A stretch of 64,000 nt of DNA, from the NCBI RefSeq assembly GCF_013122565.1, contig NZ_CP053258.1, one strand, 5' to 3'. The translations under genes were made by a program, and so were the position numbers. This document shows, in pieces, positions 63,239-64,000 of the stretch. Each line of letters begins with the position of its first letter. Position 1 is the first letter of the stretch. The stretch comes from Escherichia coli (GTDB lineage: Bacteria > Pseudomonadota > Gammaproteobacteria > Enterobacterales > Enterobacteriaceae). The notes beneath the pieces were generated by a model that saw nothing but the letters and a program-made list of their open reading frames with translations, did not search any database and had not been told where the DNA came from.

Positions 63239-63541
63239 TTATTCTATTTCTTGGTTGAATATATTCTGTAGTTCGCGATTAAAAATTGCTATTACCGTTT
63301 CAGGTGATTCACCTCGTAATTTCCGCTCATCAATACACTCATCTCTTATATAAATCAACGCATCATTTATTTGCGGGTCGGCATCATTAAATGTTGGATG
63401 TAGCCGGAATCGCTCCAGCCGGTAGACGGAACCTGTAAATAATTCAGAGCATTTATGGATCTCAAGTCTGAAGGAAAACGGATCTTCAGGTACAGGGACC
63501 TCATAATCGTAAATAGCAACCAGCTCTTTTTGCACGATCAT
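63239..63541 (-). CDS. yehK: Small uncharacterised protein (YehK-like)
   Basis: 100-aa ORF MIVQKELVAIYDYEVPVPEDPF...; the position between yehI and yehL corresponds to yehK in K-12; identity by synteny only. Confidence 0.5.
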   Translation of the reverse strand: MIVQKELVAIYDYEVPVPEDPFSFRLEIHKCSELFTGSVYRLERFRLHPTFNDADPQINDALIYIRDECIDERKLRGESPETVIAIFNRELQNIFNQEIE

Positions 63542-63600
63542 CGCTTTCCCGTTGGTAAGTCGTGTTGAAAACGGGCAGTCGCATCACTGCCCGTTGTGTT

Positions 63601-64000
63601 TTAATGGAAAATGACGTCGGGTGCGCTTAACGCCTCACTCAAATCAAACACATCAAGTTCGGCAAAAGTGACGGATTTATTGTCACGGTACACTCGAAGA
63701 GAACGGAAGCTCATTAACGCTTTGCTATCAACATTGTAGTGGTTAAAACCGGGTGAAAACTTAAGGACCAGCCGGTACTCGCCCAGGTCATAGACAAATG
63801 CATCCTCATAGCCTGACTCCCAGCCTTTGTATCGCATTCCCATAAGCTGCCCAACGGTAGCGGATTTACCTTCCCAGCGAGTCAGGCTGTTACTGGTTGA
63901 CTCGTCAGGTGTGAGCAGCACCGTGCGGCGCGACAACTGGCGAAAAGGCGGCATAATTTCGTAATCGGCAAAAAGCTGTGCAAATTCACTGCGCATTTCT
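63601..64000 (-). CDS. yehI: 3' end of a large ORF continuing beyond the window (likely YehI, DUF4132 family)
   Basis: Open frame on the minus strand from the window edge down to the stop at 63601 (...FDLSEALSAPDVIFH*); assignment by synteny with K-12 yehI-yehK-yehL. Confidence 0.5.
   Translation of the reverse strand, partial: EMRSEFAQLFADYEIMPPFRQLSRRTVLLTPDESTSNSLTRWEGKSATVGQLMGMRYKGWESGYEDAFVYDLGEYRLVLKFSPGFNHYNVDSKALMSFRSLRVYRDNKSVTFAELDVFDLSEALSAPDVIFH

Overview
This window reads as an Escherichia coli chromosomal segment running from fruK to yehI, in reverse orientation to the usual K-12 map, with about 60 protein-coding genes, most of them core genes I recognise from their translations (no database search was possible). 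Core content: fruK-fruA; two paralogous nucleoside-salvage modules (psuK-psuG-psuT, and rihB-nupX with the divergent nfo-yeiI); yeiH/yeiE; lysP; cirA with a Fur box; yeiG, folE, yeiB; galS-mglBAC; preTA; yeiS-sanA; cdd; yohKJ; dusC; mdtQ (intact here); yohF, yohD, yohC; pbpG; dld; bglX; osmF-yehYXW; mlrA; btsSR; yehS, yehR; yehLMPQ; yehK and the 3' end of yehI. Two regions are accessory relative to K-12. (1) A roughly 4.2 kb AT-rich island between the convergent core genes cirA and yeiG (17.5-21.8 kb) carries four genes: a GlpT/UhpT-family organophosphate:phosphate antiporter, a SerB-like phosphatase, a fourth L-serine dehydratase paralogue and an XRE-family regulator. I infer a phosphoserine import and catabolism module; to my knowledge this is uncharacterised, and it is my best candidate for an undescribed system. 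(2) A tandemly duplicated type I toxin-antitoxin locus (62.0-63.1 kb): two 29-aa toxin ORFs matching ZorO/ZorP, each with a divergent antisense sRNA (OrzO/OrzP-like), followed by an ERIC element. This system is already described in E. coli O157:H7, so it is interesting but not new. Small genes missed by the ORF track (yohP, yohO, zorO, zorP) were found by eye. Several ORF-track starts are TTG/GTG read as Met and were moved to an internal ATG with a ribosome-binding site. Coordinates of motifs and hairpins were counted by hand and may be off by a few bases.
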